DNA of 64,000 bases from NCBI GenBank assembly GCA_964016885.1, contig OZ024742.1, positions 220,782,001 through 220,846,000 of the forward strand, written 5' to 3'. Within the stretch, counting starts at the first letter, position 1, and every line of letters begins with the position of its first letter. Under the pieces are notes generated by a model. The model searched no databases, was not told the DNA's origin, and was given only the letters and a program-made list of their open reading frames with translations. Made by a program: the position numbers and the translations under genes. Below, piece by piece: positions 13,801 to 32,146 of this stretch. This stretch comes from Eledone cirrhosa. Lineage: Eukaryota.

Positions 13801-13805
<5 letters not shown>
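13220..13805 (+). mobile_element. ORF-less 517-bp unit with 69-bp direct terminal redundancy carrying a hammerhead (retrozyme-like)
   Basis: 13220-13288 = 13737-13805 (2 mismatches); hammerhead inside. Confidence 0.6.
13566..13641 (+). ncRNA. Type-I hammerhead, canonical core
   Basis: Stem I CTTGCTGA/TCAGCAAG (8 bp), CTGAGGA, GAA, stem III ACGAA/TTCGT, GUA site; stem II weak. Confidence 0.75.
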
Positions 13806-13869
<64 letters not shown>

Positions 13870-14077
13870 TTCAAGAGTAAACCAATCTTAAATAGAGAGA
13901 TAGTGATAGGATAGGAGAGATTGGTGAAGGTATTAGAAGCCAAAGCTTAGAAACGGGTGCTCGATGTGCAATATGCAGTGGAAAGCAGTTGGAAAACTGG
14001 GTTCATGCGGAGGTTAGGTGTACAGAGCTGGAAATATTCAGTAGTTAAGCAAATCAAGACCACAAACTGAGAATGTC

Positions 14078-14202
14078 AGTTTACAATTGTTTCACTACTC
14101 CATATAATGTTTCTGGATCAATCGATGGTAATATCGTTATTGATTTGGTGCAGAGAAAGATAAGTATCATAAAATAATATTATGGAGCAGATCCTCGGAA
14201 CT
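14078..14202 (-). ncRNA. Hammerhead variant (CCGAGGA core, long loop II)
   Basis: AGTT CCGAGGA t CTGCTCCATA...TATGGAGTAG t GAA ACAATTGT A AACT. Confidence 0.65.
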
Positions 14203-14649
14203 TGAAATTAGATAATGAAATTATTAATATATATAAAGTAGAAATAAAAATAAAATAAGAGGGTTGCGTGTCTGTAAATAATCCTCAGATTAGCAGGTCC
14301 CTAGATGGGGTCCCTTGGCACTGGAGAACTCAAGTGTATGGTATAAAGAAACATTACATATCTGTCGAGGCTGAAAGTAAACAATGCCGCCTATCGCATA
14401 ACAAGATGGCTTCTTGTAGGAATATTACCTTATTATACAGAGATGGGTTTCAAGGGAGGTAACTCCTTGAAGAGCCAAATGCCACAATGAGAGTTGTAAG
14501 CAAGATAATGCCAGGGATGTAGCTTATAGGTAAAGTCACAATGAGATTTGTAACTAAGATAATGCAAGGGAGGTAACTTATAAGTGTTTATGTGATGGAC
14601 TAAATATGTCTTAGTTTTTTAGCATGACTAAATGATAGGCTAAGGTGGG

Positions 14650-15545
14650 TCGAATTTTCTGTTAGCGAAGGAGCTCGCTCTGCGGTGGTGGCAGTTGATG
14701 ACCAACTCATTCCTGTCATTGATGGGGGGGGGGGGAGTTGCCTTGACAAAGTTATGTGATAGGCCTCGGTAAGACAGAGATCGCAACAGTTTCTTCTCTC
14801 GTTAAACGCTGGAGATCTAGCCAAGATATCCCAAGTTAGTGAATGTTCAATGTTGGCTAGTTTAAGGTTTTTAATGAGCCTAGCTAGAGAAGTTGAGCAT
14901 CTATGGCTAGGGTCGCGGAAGGAAAATGAGTGTGCATTATGGCGAACCTCAAAGGAGTTAGATGTAGAGCCAATATAGGAGCTAGTAGATGCTGTAGAGC
15001 TTCATTACTAGTTGTTCTTTAATTTGTGGTATTATTCTATCTAGTATAAACTTGCTAATTCTGCCTATATCTAATTTTGATGGACATAGTCTAATAGTAG
15101 GGTTAGTTTCGAAGTTACATTTATGATCCTTCAGATTAAAAGTGGGTGCACAAGGGGTTAGAGGTTCTGTTCTATCGGATATTTTAAGTTTTTTACTCTG
15201 TTAAGACCTTCCTTGTTAATGCTATTGAGTGTAGACTCTGTAGTTTTCTTGTATTTTTTATGTAATTCCCGGCGTATAAAGCTGTTGTATGTATTAAGGC
15301 TCATGGTATATACATTTGACGTTTTGTCTGCTTTCACTATAATACCGTTGGTGCTACGTAATATTTTTAATAGTGCATTGATGTTATTTTGCAGTTTGTT
15401 ATGATGTGTTCGTTTTTTTAATTTAATTTCTTTTATCATGTTCATGAGGTCAAGTTCAAAGGCATCAAGTTGTGGGTTGCTTGGTGGAATTTTGCAGGAT
15501 CTAAACCCATATTTTTCACTGGTAGACCCATTATTTCTATCATTA
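14650..15545 (-). pseudogene. Internally deleted PLE (Naiad-like): N-terminal RT region fused to GIY-YIG
   Basis: KYGFRS..FELDL..KADKTSNVY (15158-15515) and YIGSTS..CDLCLTE (14750-15000). Confidence 0.8.
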
Positions 15546-15549
15546 TTTA

Positions 15550-15600
15550 GTAATGCACTGGGTAATTGCTAGCCTTGTGCCTAACGTAGAAACAATTATT
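15550..15600 (+). mobile_element. SINE 3' fragment
   Basis: Matches the 3' end of the SINE at 20267-20380. Confidence 0.7.
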
Positions 15601-15719
15601 ATAATGTCCTTTATCGTAATGATATGCTTTCCATCTGATTCTACGGATAAAGTCATTAGTTCTTTGTATCATACCGAGCATATATTCCTATGTTTTTAAG
15701 GACATTCCTATATAGTGTT

Positions 15720-18002
<2,283 letters not shown>

Positions 18003-18308
18003 GTTTTCTTTCCAAAGTTTTAGGGTTTTTTTGTAGAGTAGGCCTTCAGAGTGCTTTGAGATTTCTGTGTCCATCTGTTGGTCGAGGGACTTGAATTTTT
18101 CTTCGTTGGAGTTGGCTCTTAATCGCAACAGTTCTATTTCTGTTTTAAATTTTTCCAATGCCATCTTTTCCCTAAGTCTTTGTTGGTTTTCTGGTTCATT
18201 CGGGATGGGTTTTATTTGGAGTTTTTTGGGGAGGATGATTGGGGTAGAGTTTAGCCACTTTTCATATATGTCTTAATAAACGGCATCAATAACCACATCC
18301 AATTTACA

Positions 18309-19265
18309 ATGGAATACAGCCAAGATCAACTCCCATTTCTGGACATCTTAATCTTAAAAAAAGACACAAATATCGCGACTGACATACACTACAAACCAAC
18401 AGATTCCAAACAATATCTGCTATTCACCTCCAACCATCCAAAGCACACGAAGACGAACATTCCTTTTAACCTAGCAAGAAGAATTTGCACAATTGTCTCC
18501 AATTATGAAACGCGAAATAAAAGACTTCAAGAATTAAAGGAAATTCTACTCGAGAGAGAGTACCCACTATTACTAATAAATAATGGAATAGAAAGGGCTA
18601 AAGCAATAGGCATTGATGAATTACGGAAACAGAAACAAATTCAAGGTACGTCCAATATTCTATCATATATCTCAACACACAACCCAAGAAATGCGGAAGC
18701 TTACAACACTATTCACAATAACATCCCACTACTAAAACAAAACCCAAGAATGAAAAAAGCCCTTGAAACACACAAAATAATCAAAAGCAAAAGACAACCA
18801 AAATCACTGAAAACATTACTCACCAATGCCAAATTACCTACCACAAACCCACAACCAAGTATCAAAAAATGTGGTCGCTCTAATTGTGGAACCTGCACTC
18901 ACCTCATTGAAGGCAACACGTATACATTTAAATCAGGACAAAATTTTACTGTAAAAAATCACTTCACTTGCTCATCAAAAAATCTAATTTATGCCATTAA
19001 ATGTAAAGGATGCAATGAAGATTATATAGGACAAACTAAACTCACACTCAGAAACAGAATGACAGTTCATCGCCAACAATTACGAGATCCAACCACGAGA
19101 CAGATACCACTAAGTGCACATCTAGACATTTGCGCAAGTAATAAGACACCCAAATTCCAAGTCTTCCCATTTTACCTTTGCGCTAACAATACAACAGAAC
19201 AAATGCGAATAAATAAGGAAAATATGTTTATTCAAAAATATAGACCAACATTAAATAAGGTTTAA
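18309..19265 (+). pseudogene. PLE RT thumb + Cys-rich linker + GIY-YIG endonuclease
   Basis: LPFLD, YKPTD..YL..SNHP, CGRSNCGTC, LIYAIKC..C..YIGQT. Confidence 0.88.
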
Positions 19266-19449
19266 TATACATTATGTCAACACCATAATATGACATACAC
19301 ACACACACATAACACCTTCTACTTTAGAAAATAAAAACCCGAACTAAATAAACCTTAACATACGTTTGCACTGACAATACAACAGCAAACACGAATAAGT
19401 AAGGAAAATATGTTCATTCAAAAATATTCCTACTAAAGGAATCACTTTC

Positions 19450-19512
<63 letters not shown>

Positions 19513-20266
19513 ATATATATATATATATATTCTCTTCATCTTAACATGCTAACCATACTCCCACACACATAACACCCATACACACACATAACAACCCCCA
19601 CACCTACAACTCCCTCCCCATTTCTACTAATAGAACCACTTTCCTACACACATATATATACACACACAAAATATATATTCTCTCCATCTTAACATACTCG
19701 CACACACACACATAACACCCATATACACACATACACACAACTCCCTCCCCCATTTCTACTAATAGAATCATCTTCCAATACAAACATACACACACACATA
19801 CACACACACAAGCACACAAATAAACATACATATCTTCACTTCAATAGAAAATCTGAACTCTGACACCCCAGCGAACTAACCATATTCACTGAACCAGAAC
19901 AATTCTCCCAATCCCTTTTCCCTTGACCACTAACTTTCCATTGTCATAACATTCGCTATAAAGACTACAGAATAGTTTTCCAAATAAGGGCGCAAAAATG
20001 TAATGAAAACTTGTTCACGTGACAGCCAAATTTCATTTATAACCAATCAAATCACGTTTATTAAAAAAAAGCCTTCGTGAGCCACTTTTTTTAAAGTAAA
20101 GAAATTCAAACACACACACACACACGCACACAAGCACACAAATAAACACACACATCTTTACTTTCTTTATTCAATAGAAAATCTGAATTCTGACACCCCA
20201 GCGAACTAACCATATTCACTGAACCAGAACAATTCTCCCATCCCTTTCTCTTGACCATTATCTTTT

Positions 20267-20380
20267 TCTGAGTTCAAATCCCGCCGAGGTTAACTTTGCC
20301 TTTCATCCTTACGGGGTCGATAAAATAAAGTACCAGTAATGTACTGGGTAATTTCTGGCCTTGTGCCAATAGTAGAAACA
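20267..20380 (+). mobile_element. tRNA-derived SINE, 5'-truncated, 10-bp TSD
   Basis: B-box GTTCAAATCC; ATTATCTTTT at 20257-20266 and 20381-20390; other copies at 49088 and 60574. Confidence 0.85.
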
Positions 20381-20768
20381 ATTATCTTTTACTTATCAAA
20401 AAATTCTCTAAAAAGGCTACAGAATGGATTTCCAAATAAGGGCACAAACATTTAATGAAAATTTGTTCACGTGACAGCCATAATTTCATTTATAACCAAC
20501 CCCAAAAAAGCCTTCGTGAGCCTCCTTTTTTCAAGTAAAAAGAAATTCAAACACTCATATATGAAAAAACAACCTGTGACAACCCCCCCTCTTATTTGAA
20601 GAACTATTGTAACGCGAACTGGCGCGAAATTTATTATAATTATTGACAAACTAATCAAATTATTTCTCGAAAAACCTGGCATTTCGAGCCACTTTTTCCA
20701 TATAAAACAAGTAACATTCAGAGACCAACCAGATGTGAGAAAAACCACAGACCCTCCATCTCAACTCA

Positions 20769-20806
20769 CCTTTTGAAAAGCAGAAGAACTGCGAAACCGG
20801 TAAAGG
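20769..20806 (+). ncRNA. Minimal hammerhead (U3-A8 core)
   Basis: CCTT TTGAAAA GCAG/CTGC GAA ACCGGT A AAGG. Confidence 0.75.
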
Positions 20807-21083
20807 AACCAAATAAATATATATATTTTTTTTAAAAATAAGACTCCAGTTGCATTTTCGATTTCATCTCTTTTTCTTTATATATATATATATATATGTT
20901 TGTTGGTTCACCACTGGATAGAACTGATCATTCCGTATGGTCAACCTCGATGTAATATTAGGGAGAGCAATCGACGTAATGAAACTCACCCGTCTTCGTT
21001 TGTGTTGTTGGTGGTGCGAGTACGAAGTTAATTATTATAAAATAACAGGAGCCTGGACTGGTGTAATTCCTTAAAGGTTTATT

Positions 21084-21141
21084 ATACTATGAACATTTCA
21101 ATGCCCAGGTTCAGTATGAATCCGGTGACATCATCAGGTAT
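21084..21141 (-). ncRNA. Type-I hammerhead, canonical core
   Basis: ATAC CTGATGA imperfect stem II GAA ATGTTCAT A GTAT, followed by AATAAA. Confidence 0.6.
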
Positions 21142-21928
21142 TCGAAATTTAACAAAGGAATATAATCCATGGAGCTGAAAAGGCAGAGTGACAAGAAGAC
21201 GGCTACCCATTTAGCAGTTTCTAGTTTGGTCGGCCGCCCTCAAGTGACGACTACCAATTCTTCTTAAGCCTTTCTTGTGAAGGAACATAACCTTATAGTG
21301 TACTACTACCACCCTGTCACGGTGGGATCAGGTTACATTGAAATTGGTCAGGAGTGCTAAAAAGTGTTAAGAAATATATTTTTTATAAAAAAACATGTGT
21401 TAAGCTACTTTTCTTTAACAAACCTATATATAGTGGGCGCCTGCACATTATAATTTTCGTTGTAGGGTCAGAAATTACGATTAACGATTAGAAATGTAAA
21501 ATTTATGCTTAGAATTAAAAGATGTCATTTAAGATGAGATTAGAAAAGAAAGATTTAGGTTTAAATTTGGGAGATTTAGTTAAAGAATTTACAGAAGGAT
21601 GCGTTTATGAAAAAGTTAATTGTATTATTGATAGTCACGATAAAGTTTCAGGGTAGAATATAAAGTCAGTACTAAGCCCATGTTTGGTGGTCAGTAACCA
21701 GCGACGTTGCGGACTCTCAGCCCACTCGGGGCCCAATGGTGTGTCAACCGTTCCGAGTATTTTCGTCTACCGAAAGAAAGGGAAATTTATTTTTCCGAGC
21801 ACTCCAGGAATGTTAACTGTTTAGGCGGGGTGGTCGTCGGTCATCCTGTCTAATTGGTTATTGTTTACTGGCTGGCACATCATCAAACACAAAAGAACAT
21901 ACCTCAAGATTATGTTACGTGAACATTT

Positions 21929-24600
21929 TTAAGAACGCAGACGGGATACGTAGGAAAGCGGATCTTGTTCAGCAAAATCGACAGGGGCAAGCATTTGCTC
22001 AGGTAACGCTAGAGGAGCACCATATAACAATTCGGCCGGGGAGAACCCAAGGTCCTCCTTTATTGTTGACCGAATCCCCAACAACACAATAGGGAGATAT
22101 TCGCTCCAGCGCGTAGAGACAGGAGAAGTCCATAGAGCGGCTTTCAGTTGTCGGTGGAAGCGCTCCACCATTCCATTAGAGGCAGGATAATATGGTGTAG
22201 TTCGGATGCGTTTAGCGCCGATGATCCTCGTCAATTCATGGAAGAGGTTCGATTCAAACTGTCTTCCACGGTCCGTTGTAATCGTAGTTGGTACTCCATA
22301 TCGAGCGATCCATCCAGACACAAGGGCACGTGCTGTGGTCTCAGCAGTGATATCCCTCAAGGGGATGGCTTCAGGCCATCGCGAAAAACGATCGATTACA
22401 GTCAATAAGTAATTGTAACCACTGCTGATGGGTCAAGGGCCCACGATGTCCACGTGAATGTGGCGAAACCGGGCGTCCGGGTTACTAAAAGTACCAAGGG
22501 GAGTCTTAATATGTCTATGAACTTTCGATTTCTGGCAAGCAACACAGGAACGGCACCAGACAGTAATTTCACGTCTCATATTTGGCCAGAAGAATCTAGC
22601 CGTTATGAGTTTTACTGTGGCAGAAGATCCAGGATGTGAAATGCCGTGCAAAACAAGAAACACAGTTCGACGATGATTCAACGGAACAAAAGGGCATCGC
22701 GTATCCAAAGAGACGTCGCAGAGGATCCGTCCGTCTGCGGTCGGTAAAGGTAGGTATTTCATCCTGCAATTCACAAATTCAGGTGATATAACATCCAACG
22801 ATTCGAGCGCAGGCTGATCGGCTGCCAAGCGATTCAAATCTATATCATCGGGCGACGAGATTGAAGTAATCGTTAAACGAGAGAGGGCGTCGGCCGCTGT
22901 ATTCATATAACCCGGAATATGTTGAATGTCATTTTTAACCTGAGAGATGAGATCAAGAAGTCTAGTTTCTCTAGGCGAGTATTTGTCGGCCTTTGCTTGC
23001 AACGCGAATGTCAACGGCTTGTGGTCCGTGAAGATAGTAAACGTTCTTCCCTCAAGCATGTGCTAAAAATGTTTCACCGATAAATATATTGCTAGAACTC
23101 CCGTCCAAAGGTGCTGTAGCGGGTTTCGGCAGGTTTCAGCTTCCTGGAGAAAAATTCCAACGGTTGCTCTTGATCGTTTCTACTTTGCTGCAAAACCGCG
23201 CCCACGGCAGTATCCGACGCATCAAGACAAAGCGAAAGCTTAGCGTTGGACACTGGGTGAGCCAGCAAAGATGCATTGGCTAGAACAATTTTCGCGCTCT
23301 CAAAATCCTGGAGCTGAGTTTCATTCAAAGAAATGTCTCTATTTTTCTTTCGACAATTTTTCAAAATTTCCGTCAAGGAGAAAAGTAGCTTAACACAATT
23401 AAGCACAAACCGCCTATAAAAATTAATCAGCCCCAAGAATTGGCGCAACTGACGAAGTGAGGTTGGTGGAGACAAATCCTCTATAGCTTTAACTCTCTCA
23501 GGAATAGGTCGAATACCGTCAGAGTCAATGACGTGACCCCAAAAATTCAAAGATTCGGAACCAAAAACACATTTTGACGGATTAATCCGAACATTGTAAT
23601 TCTTAAACGACAAAATAGAAGGTCCAGATAACGCAAATGTTGCTCTGGAGAAGAGCTCGCAACAAGCAGGTCATCAATGTAGGTGTATACAAAGTCGAGG
23701 CCGCGAGTGACCTCATCCATAAAACGCTGGAAGGTGCTAACAGCATTCCTTAACCCGAAAGGCATGGTGAGAAATTCGAAAGATCCAAATGGCGTAGTTA
23801 TAGCCGTTTTCGGGATGTCTCTATTGACAGGAATTTGGTTATAGGCTCGTATCAAATCGAGCTTCGAAAAAAATCCTGCAAATGAGGGATAGGATACCGA
23901 TCCGGTACGGTCATCGAGTTCAATCTTCTATAATCTCCAGTGGGTCTCCAATCGCCAAAAGGTTTTGGCACCATATGTAATGGAGATGCCTACGCGCTCG
24001 TGGAAGGACGAATAATTCCGAGCTGTAGCATATGATCGAACTCGGACCGTGCTGCTTTCAATTTGTCCGCTGGCAATCGACAAGGACGCGGAAAAACCGG
24101 AGCACCAGTAGTAGTAATAAAATGCTCTGTGGCGTGGCCTGGATCAGTGACTTTAAAAATTTCATGAGTCAGTTGCGGGAACGATTTCAACAGTCCATGA
24201 TATGGGTTTCCGGAGTTAGCAATAAAGAAAGTCGGGCTAATTGTAGAAAATTCCGCCGTCCTGCCACAAATAGAAAAACCAGTAATATCGTCAATCAGGC
24301 GTTGGTGACGAACGTCCACCGTCAAAGAAAAATGGTGCAGGAAGTCCGCGCCCAAAATCGGGTATGGCAGATCAGCAACAGTGAATACCCATTTGAAATC
24401 CCGACGAAGATTTCGGAAGTTAAGAGGAAGCGAGATCTGTCCAAAAGTTCTGATTGCTGACTGGTTGACAGTTTGCAATTCGATCAACGACCCAGGAGGA
24501 GTTACTGTCATAGTATTAACAGGCCAAATACTGCACGAAGCTCCTGTGTCCACTAGGAAGGCTCTTCCAGACAGGAGGTCCTCAATGAAGAAATGGCGGT
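21929..24600 (-). pseudogene. pol: Gypsy pol (protease DTGA, RT YIDD, RNase H DAS/TDHKPL, integrase HHCC and D,D-E), frameshifted
   Basis: ORFs 23990-24553, 23547-23855, 23092-23613, 22433-23059, 21929-22405. Confidence 0.92.
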
Positions 24601-24633
24601 TCCGTTTTGTATCACAGAGTTCACTTGCCGCCT

Positions 24634-25422
24634 TTAGTGACTCTGGTCCACATTTCCCGCGGCCGAATAATTACACGGAGGCCGGCAATGATCTGCCTTA
24701 TCCGCATAGGTAGCATGATACCAGCACAATGATTGGTTGCTGGCGGGCGAAGTAGTACGCCGACGTGGAGTCGCGAAAGAACGCGAACGACTCCTAGGCC
24801 GCCGGGAATACGGCCTATTCTCCCTGCATAATCGAGAAACTTGCTGCGTCAAAGCGTCAATAGCCTTCAACACGGCATCCTCGCGTGTCGAGACGGGCTG
24901 GTTTAAATGAGAGGAAGCGATAGGCGAGTCCGAGGCGGTAGCCTTTTTAGAAAATTCCACGATTCGATCCGCGGAGGCAGCAATTTGCTCCAAAGAGCTG
25001 GTGTCCACTATATTTGCCAAAATAATTTGGACATTGTTTGGCAGGCGAGAGAAAAATAATTTTTTAATAAAGAAATGATCCTGTTCAGGCGATTCACTGA
25101 GGTCCCTAATGTGGCGCAAAAATTCGGAGGGCCACCTATCGCCTAGACACTCATCCTCCAACAATGAACGAAATCTGCTCTCAGCAGAACGACTGTTCCT
25201 TCGAAGAATTTCTTCCCGCAACGAATCATAAGAAATACTGGCCGACGGGTTCGTAATCAAATCTTTCACTGTTACAGCGAGTGAAGAAGGAATACCACTT
25301 ATCAAAAAGTTGAGCCTTTTCTCGGTTTTTACTTCGTTGGCAGCAAAATAAGCGTCGAGCTGCGCAAACCAGAGCTTAGTATCACCTGAGAACGCAGGCA
25401 AACCAGGACCACTCATCGTCAA
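24634..25422 (-). CDS. gag: Gypsy gag-like protein
   Basis: WFAQL..F, LGD..PSEFL, C-terminal CWYH..Y...A..C..PC motif; upstream of protease. Confidence 0.8.
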   Translation of the reverse strand: MTMSGPGLPAFSGDTKLWFAQLDAYFAANEVKTEKRLNFLISGIPSSLAVTVKDLITNPSASISYDSLREEILRRNSRSAESRFRSLLEDECLGDRWPSEFLRHIRDLSESPEQDHFFIKKLFFSRLPNNVQIILANIVDTSSLEQIAASADRIVEFSKKATASDSPIASSHLNQPVSTREDAVLKAIDALTQQVSRLCRENRPYSRRPRSRSRSFATPRRRTTSPASNQSLCWYHATYADKADHCRPPCNYSAAGNVDQSH

Positions 25423-26909
25423 TCTATTACCACATGGACGAATAAAAGTAAGTAATGTTCAAAACGACGGGAAAACTACAATTTTCCCTAAATATCCATT
25501 AAGTTGCCGCAAGCAAAAGAAGTTCAGTCACAGTACAAGAAATAGCAGCGAAAATCCAAAAGGCAGAATCTGTGGAACAAGCTAGCAAATTTCAAACAAG
25601 ATGGCGTCGCATTTCTTTTCCCAAACATGAATATGGTCGCGTGACGAGGCTAGGCCAATCAGATGGCCGCATTTGAAGAAGAAAGACAATGTGCGGGAAT
25701 GTTAGCTGGCCAGTTCGTCTTGTGTAAGACGAACAATTTTCAATTTAAAAACGTATGGCGAAGTTAAGCAGGCTGCGCTTTCATATTTAATCATCGAGGG
25801 TCACCACTTTAGGCGGGGTGGTCGTCGGTCATCCCGTCTAATTGATTATTGTTTACTGGCTGGCACATCATCAAACAAAAAAGAACATACCTCAAGATTA
25901 TGTTACGTGAACATTTTTAATTAAAGCAAATAATACTGGTTAACACATCAGTGCTCCAAGGTTGGGTAGTGGTTCATATCGTATTATGCCACGACCGCAT
26001 GGTGTGATGTCGCTGCGTGGTTAAACTGCACGGGGATTAGCACGTCTGTTGTCTACGAGCTGCCATGGTCAGAGTGTTGTTTTCTCAGCAACTGACGTCA
26101 GAACGTGACGTCAGAACTAAGGGTAGGTAATCGACTGGCTTTACAGTCGACGCTAGCTGGCGTGATCTTCTACAACTGTCTCAAGCGCCGGGGGTGCTAG
26201 CGGGAAGGCTGCCACCGCCGGCTGATCATCGTGTATACCAAACGATTCTTAGTTATTCACACTAGTGGGGGGTTTAGTTAAAGGGCTAGTAGAAGGAGGC
26301 ATGATAGATTTTAAAGTTATGATTAACCCTAGAATTAAAAAATACTGTTTGGCGGTCAATAACCGGTGGCATGGCGGATTCGAAGCCCGCCCAGGGCCCA
26401 AGGGCGTAACATCCGTTCCGAGTATTTTCGTTTGCTGAAATAAGGGGAAATTTATTTTTCCAAGCACTCTAGGAAGGCTGATCGACTTGAGCGCCTGGCG
26501 TGCGATCGGGAAAGCCGCCACATCTGTCGGATCATCGCGTGTACCAAACGATTATTAGTTATTCATACCCGGTCGTGTGCTAATTTTAGGTAACAGATGA
26601 GTATATAAGGCGAGTAAAGTGAATAAATACATAAATAAAAACATTAAAAAAAAAAATCCAGTGATGCCCAGGGTGGTAATTGTGGGAGTAAAAATGGAAG
26701 TAAATAAAAACATATCGAAGGAATCAAAATACAGAAGAAATAAAGTACAGATCAAGGTGTAGCAGATAAACAATAGATAACACGGTTAGAGAATACATGG
26801 TTATAAATATAGATATAGAGGATGGGAGGATTGGAGTGGTATCAGGTGATACTTAGTGTAGGTTCGAGTCTTAATTTTCAATGTGAATCCCCAAACCTTG
26901 AAATATATT

Positions 26910-26943
<34 letters not shown>

Positions 26944-27067
26944 ACCCCATTATCAGACTAAAATTTCTTTAGAAAAAAAATACGGTGAAAGCTATTCTAT
27001 TTTCTAATTTCAAACCTGCTCACTGTTTCAAAACATATTTACTCATATATATATATATATAAAAAAA

Positions 27068-27177
<110 letters not shown>

Positions 27178-27178
27178 A

Positions 27179-27278
<100 letters not shown>

Positions 27279-27395
27279 TAAACGGAATAGAAAATGCTGA
27301 CAAATTGTTCACAGTTGAAAAATGGTTTAATTAGGAATAAAAGAGTATTAGTGATTGTATGGGTTAGTATTCAGTTGTGGTTTTAAGTTTTTAAG

Positions 27396-27433
27396 TTTTT
27401 ACCGGTTGCGCATTTCTAAATGCTTTTCAAAAA
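27396..27433 (-). ncRNA. Minimal hammerhead-like motif (GCA in place of GAA)
   Basis: Inverted copy of 28398-28434. Confidence 0.5.
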
Positions 27434-27531
27434 TAATTTTGAGATAGAGTGTCCGTGCTGTTTGCTCTGATCTGATTAGTTTTGGGAATTCTACCTGTTT
27501 TTATGTTAAAAAAATGGCTCCAGCAGTGAAA

Positions 27532-27578
<47 letters not shown>

Positions 27579-27873
27579 GTGAATATCATTTCACACCTTT
27601 TATTGTTAAGATTGTTGATGTTCTATTAAGAGAACCGATTTTACTGAAAAAATCGAATAATGTACACCATTTTACCAGGGGGGAAAAAAATACTGGTCCA
27701 CCCACACACGCACACACACACATACACACATATATACACAAACACATACACACGCGTACATCAACATACAAAGAGACTTATACACACACACACACACACA
27801 CACGCACTTCTCCGTATAAGACAAAAGCTGAAAAATATCTTTTGACCTTCGAATGACTCTGCTGTGTGTATGT

Positions 27874-27915
<42 letters not shown>

Positions 27916-27984
27916 ATCTTAATAGCCATTTGACACACATCGCTGGTGGCTATTGTCGCAGCATCGAACACCTTACTACTACTA

Positions 27985-28076
<92 letters not shown>

Positions 28077-28397
28077 TTGTTGTGAAAGAGTCATTTCTCA
28101 ATCTTGGCGCAAAACCAATTTTTTATCCACATGACCTCTACCGACCAATCAAAATTGTTTTGACCATAATTTTTGCTGGAGCCACTTTTCTAACATTTTA
28201 ACATAAAAACAGTCTTGGCGCAAAATCAACTTTTTACATTCACATGACCTCTACCGACCAATCAAAATTGTTTTGACCACAAGCATTTTTACAACACAAA
28301 AATAACGCTGGAGCCATTTTTTAAACATAAAAACAGGTAGAATTCCCAAAACTAATCAGATCAGAGCAAACAGCACGGACACTCTATCTCAAAATTA

Positions 28398-28434
28398 TTT
28401 TTGAAAAGCATTTAGAAATGCGCAACCGGTAAAA
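28398..28434 (+). ncRNA. Minimal hammerhead-like motif (GCA in place of GAA)
   Basis: TTT TTGAAAA GCATTT/AAATGC GCA ACCGGT A AAA; same design as 20769-20806. Confidence 0.5.
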
Positions 28435-28591
28435 ACTTAAAAACTTAAAACCACAACTGAATACTAACCCATACAATCACTAATACTCTTTTATTCCTAA
28501 TTAAACCATTTTTCAACTGTGAACAATTTGTCAGCATTTTCTATTCCGTTTACCAATATATAATAACTTGTGTGTTACACCTCTATTCTTT

Positions 28592-31449
<2,858 letters not shown>

Positions 31450-31517
31450 TATATATATATATATATATATGTATATACATATATATTGGTTCACCGAGTT
31501 GCCGGATAAAGCGACCC

Positions 31518-31562
<45 letters not shown>

Positions 31563-31564
<2 letters not shown>

Positions 31565-31937
31565 ATACATGGGGAGGGTCATATTTGTGTAATATTGCCA
31601 GAATTAATAACAGAACACACTCACTGTTTGGTTGGTTTTCGCTTTTCGCGAAAGATGGCGTAGAAATACAATGCAACGGGAGGAATCTATAGCACCACTG
31701 ACGATGTTGCAGATGTGCAACGAAAGATTTATGATAAACTATATATATGTGTTTGTGTCTATATTGTATCTGTATTATTTTTGACCCTTGGTCAGTCAAT
31801 GGCAACGTTGAGGACCGAGTAAATTTGATTACCGATATAGTAGACACAGAAGCGAAAAGCGAAAACCAACCAAACAGTGAGTGTGTTCTGTTATTAATTC
31901 TGGCAATATTACACAAATATGACCCTCGCCAAGTATA
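31563..31937. mobile_element. Solo pLTR of the Nematis-like PLE with an inverted ~80-bp end
   Basis: 31574-31646 inverted to 31855-31927; homologous to 62123-62425. Confidence 0.8.
31693..31735 (+). ncRNA. Minimal hammerhead with an extra U after A9
   Basis: CA CTGACGA t GTTGCA/TGCAAC GAA AGATTT A TG. Confidence 0.65.
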
Positions 31938-31986
31938 ACAATATTTGTTTCGACACACGATTTCATATAAAAACCTCGCAAAACTA

Positions 31987-32111
<125 letters not shown>

Positions 32112-32146
32112 AAGATTTGAATGGATACAGTTTAGTTGAAAGGAAT

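Larger units (their letters stand above)
18280..20880 (+). mobile_element. PLE (Neptune-like), 5'-truncated, with long 3' UTR
   Basis: ORF 18309-19265; internal direct repeat ~19780-20110/~20120-20555; terminal hammerhead. Confidence 0.85.
21820..26174 (-). mobile_element. Ty3/Gypsy LTR retrotransposon, decayed
   Basis: 5' LTR ~25808-26174, PBS TGGTGACCC, partial 3' LTR 21820-21931, TSD ACTG(T) at 21816 and 26175; PR-RT-RH-INT order. Confidence 0.92.

Noticed and set aside
18003-18275. Minus-strand coiled-coil-like open frame as a host exon
   Set aside because: No clear splice context; sits at the 5' junction of a PLE and is more likely a retroelement N-terminal fragment; cannot be assigned
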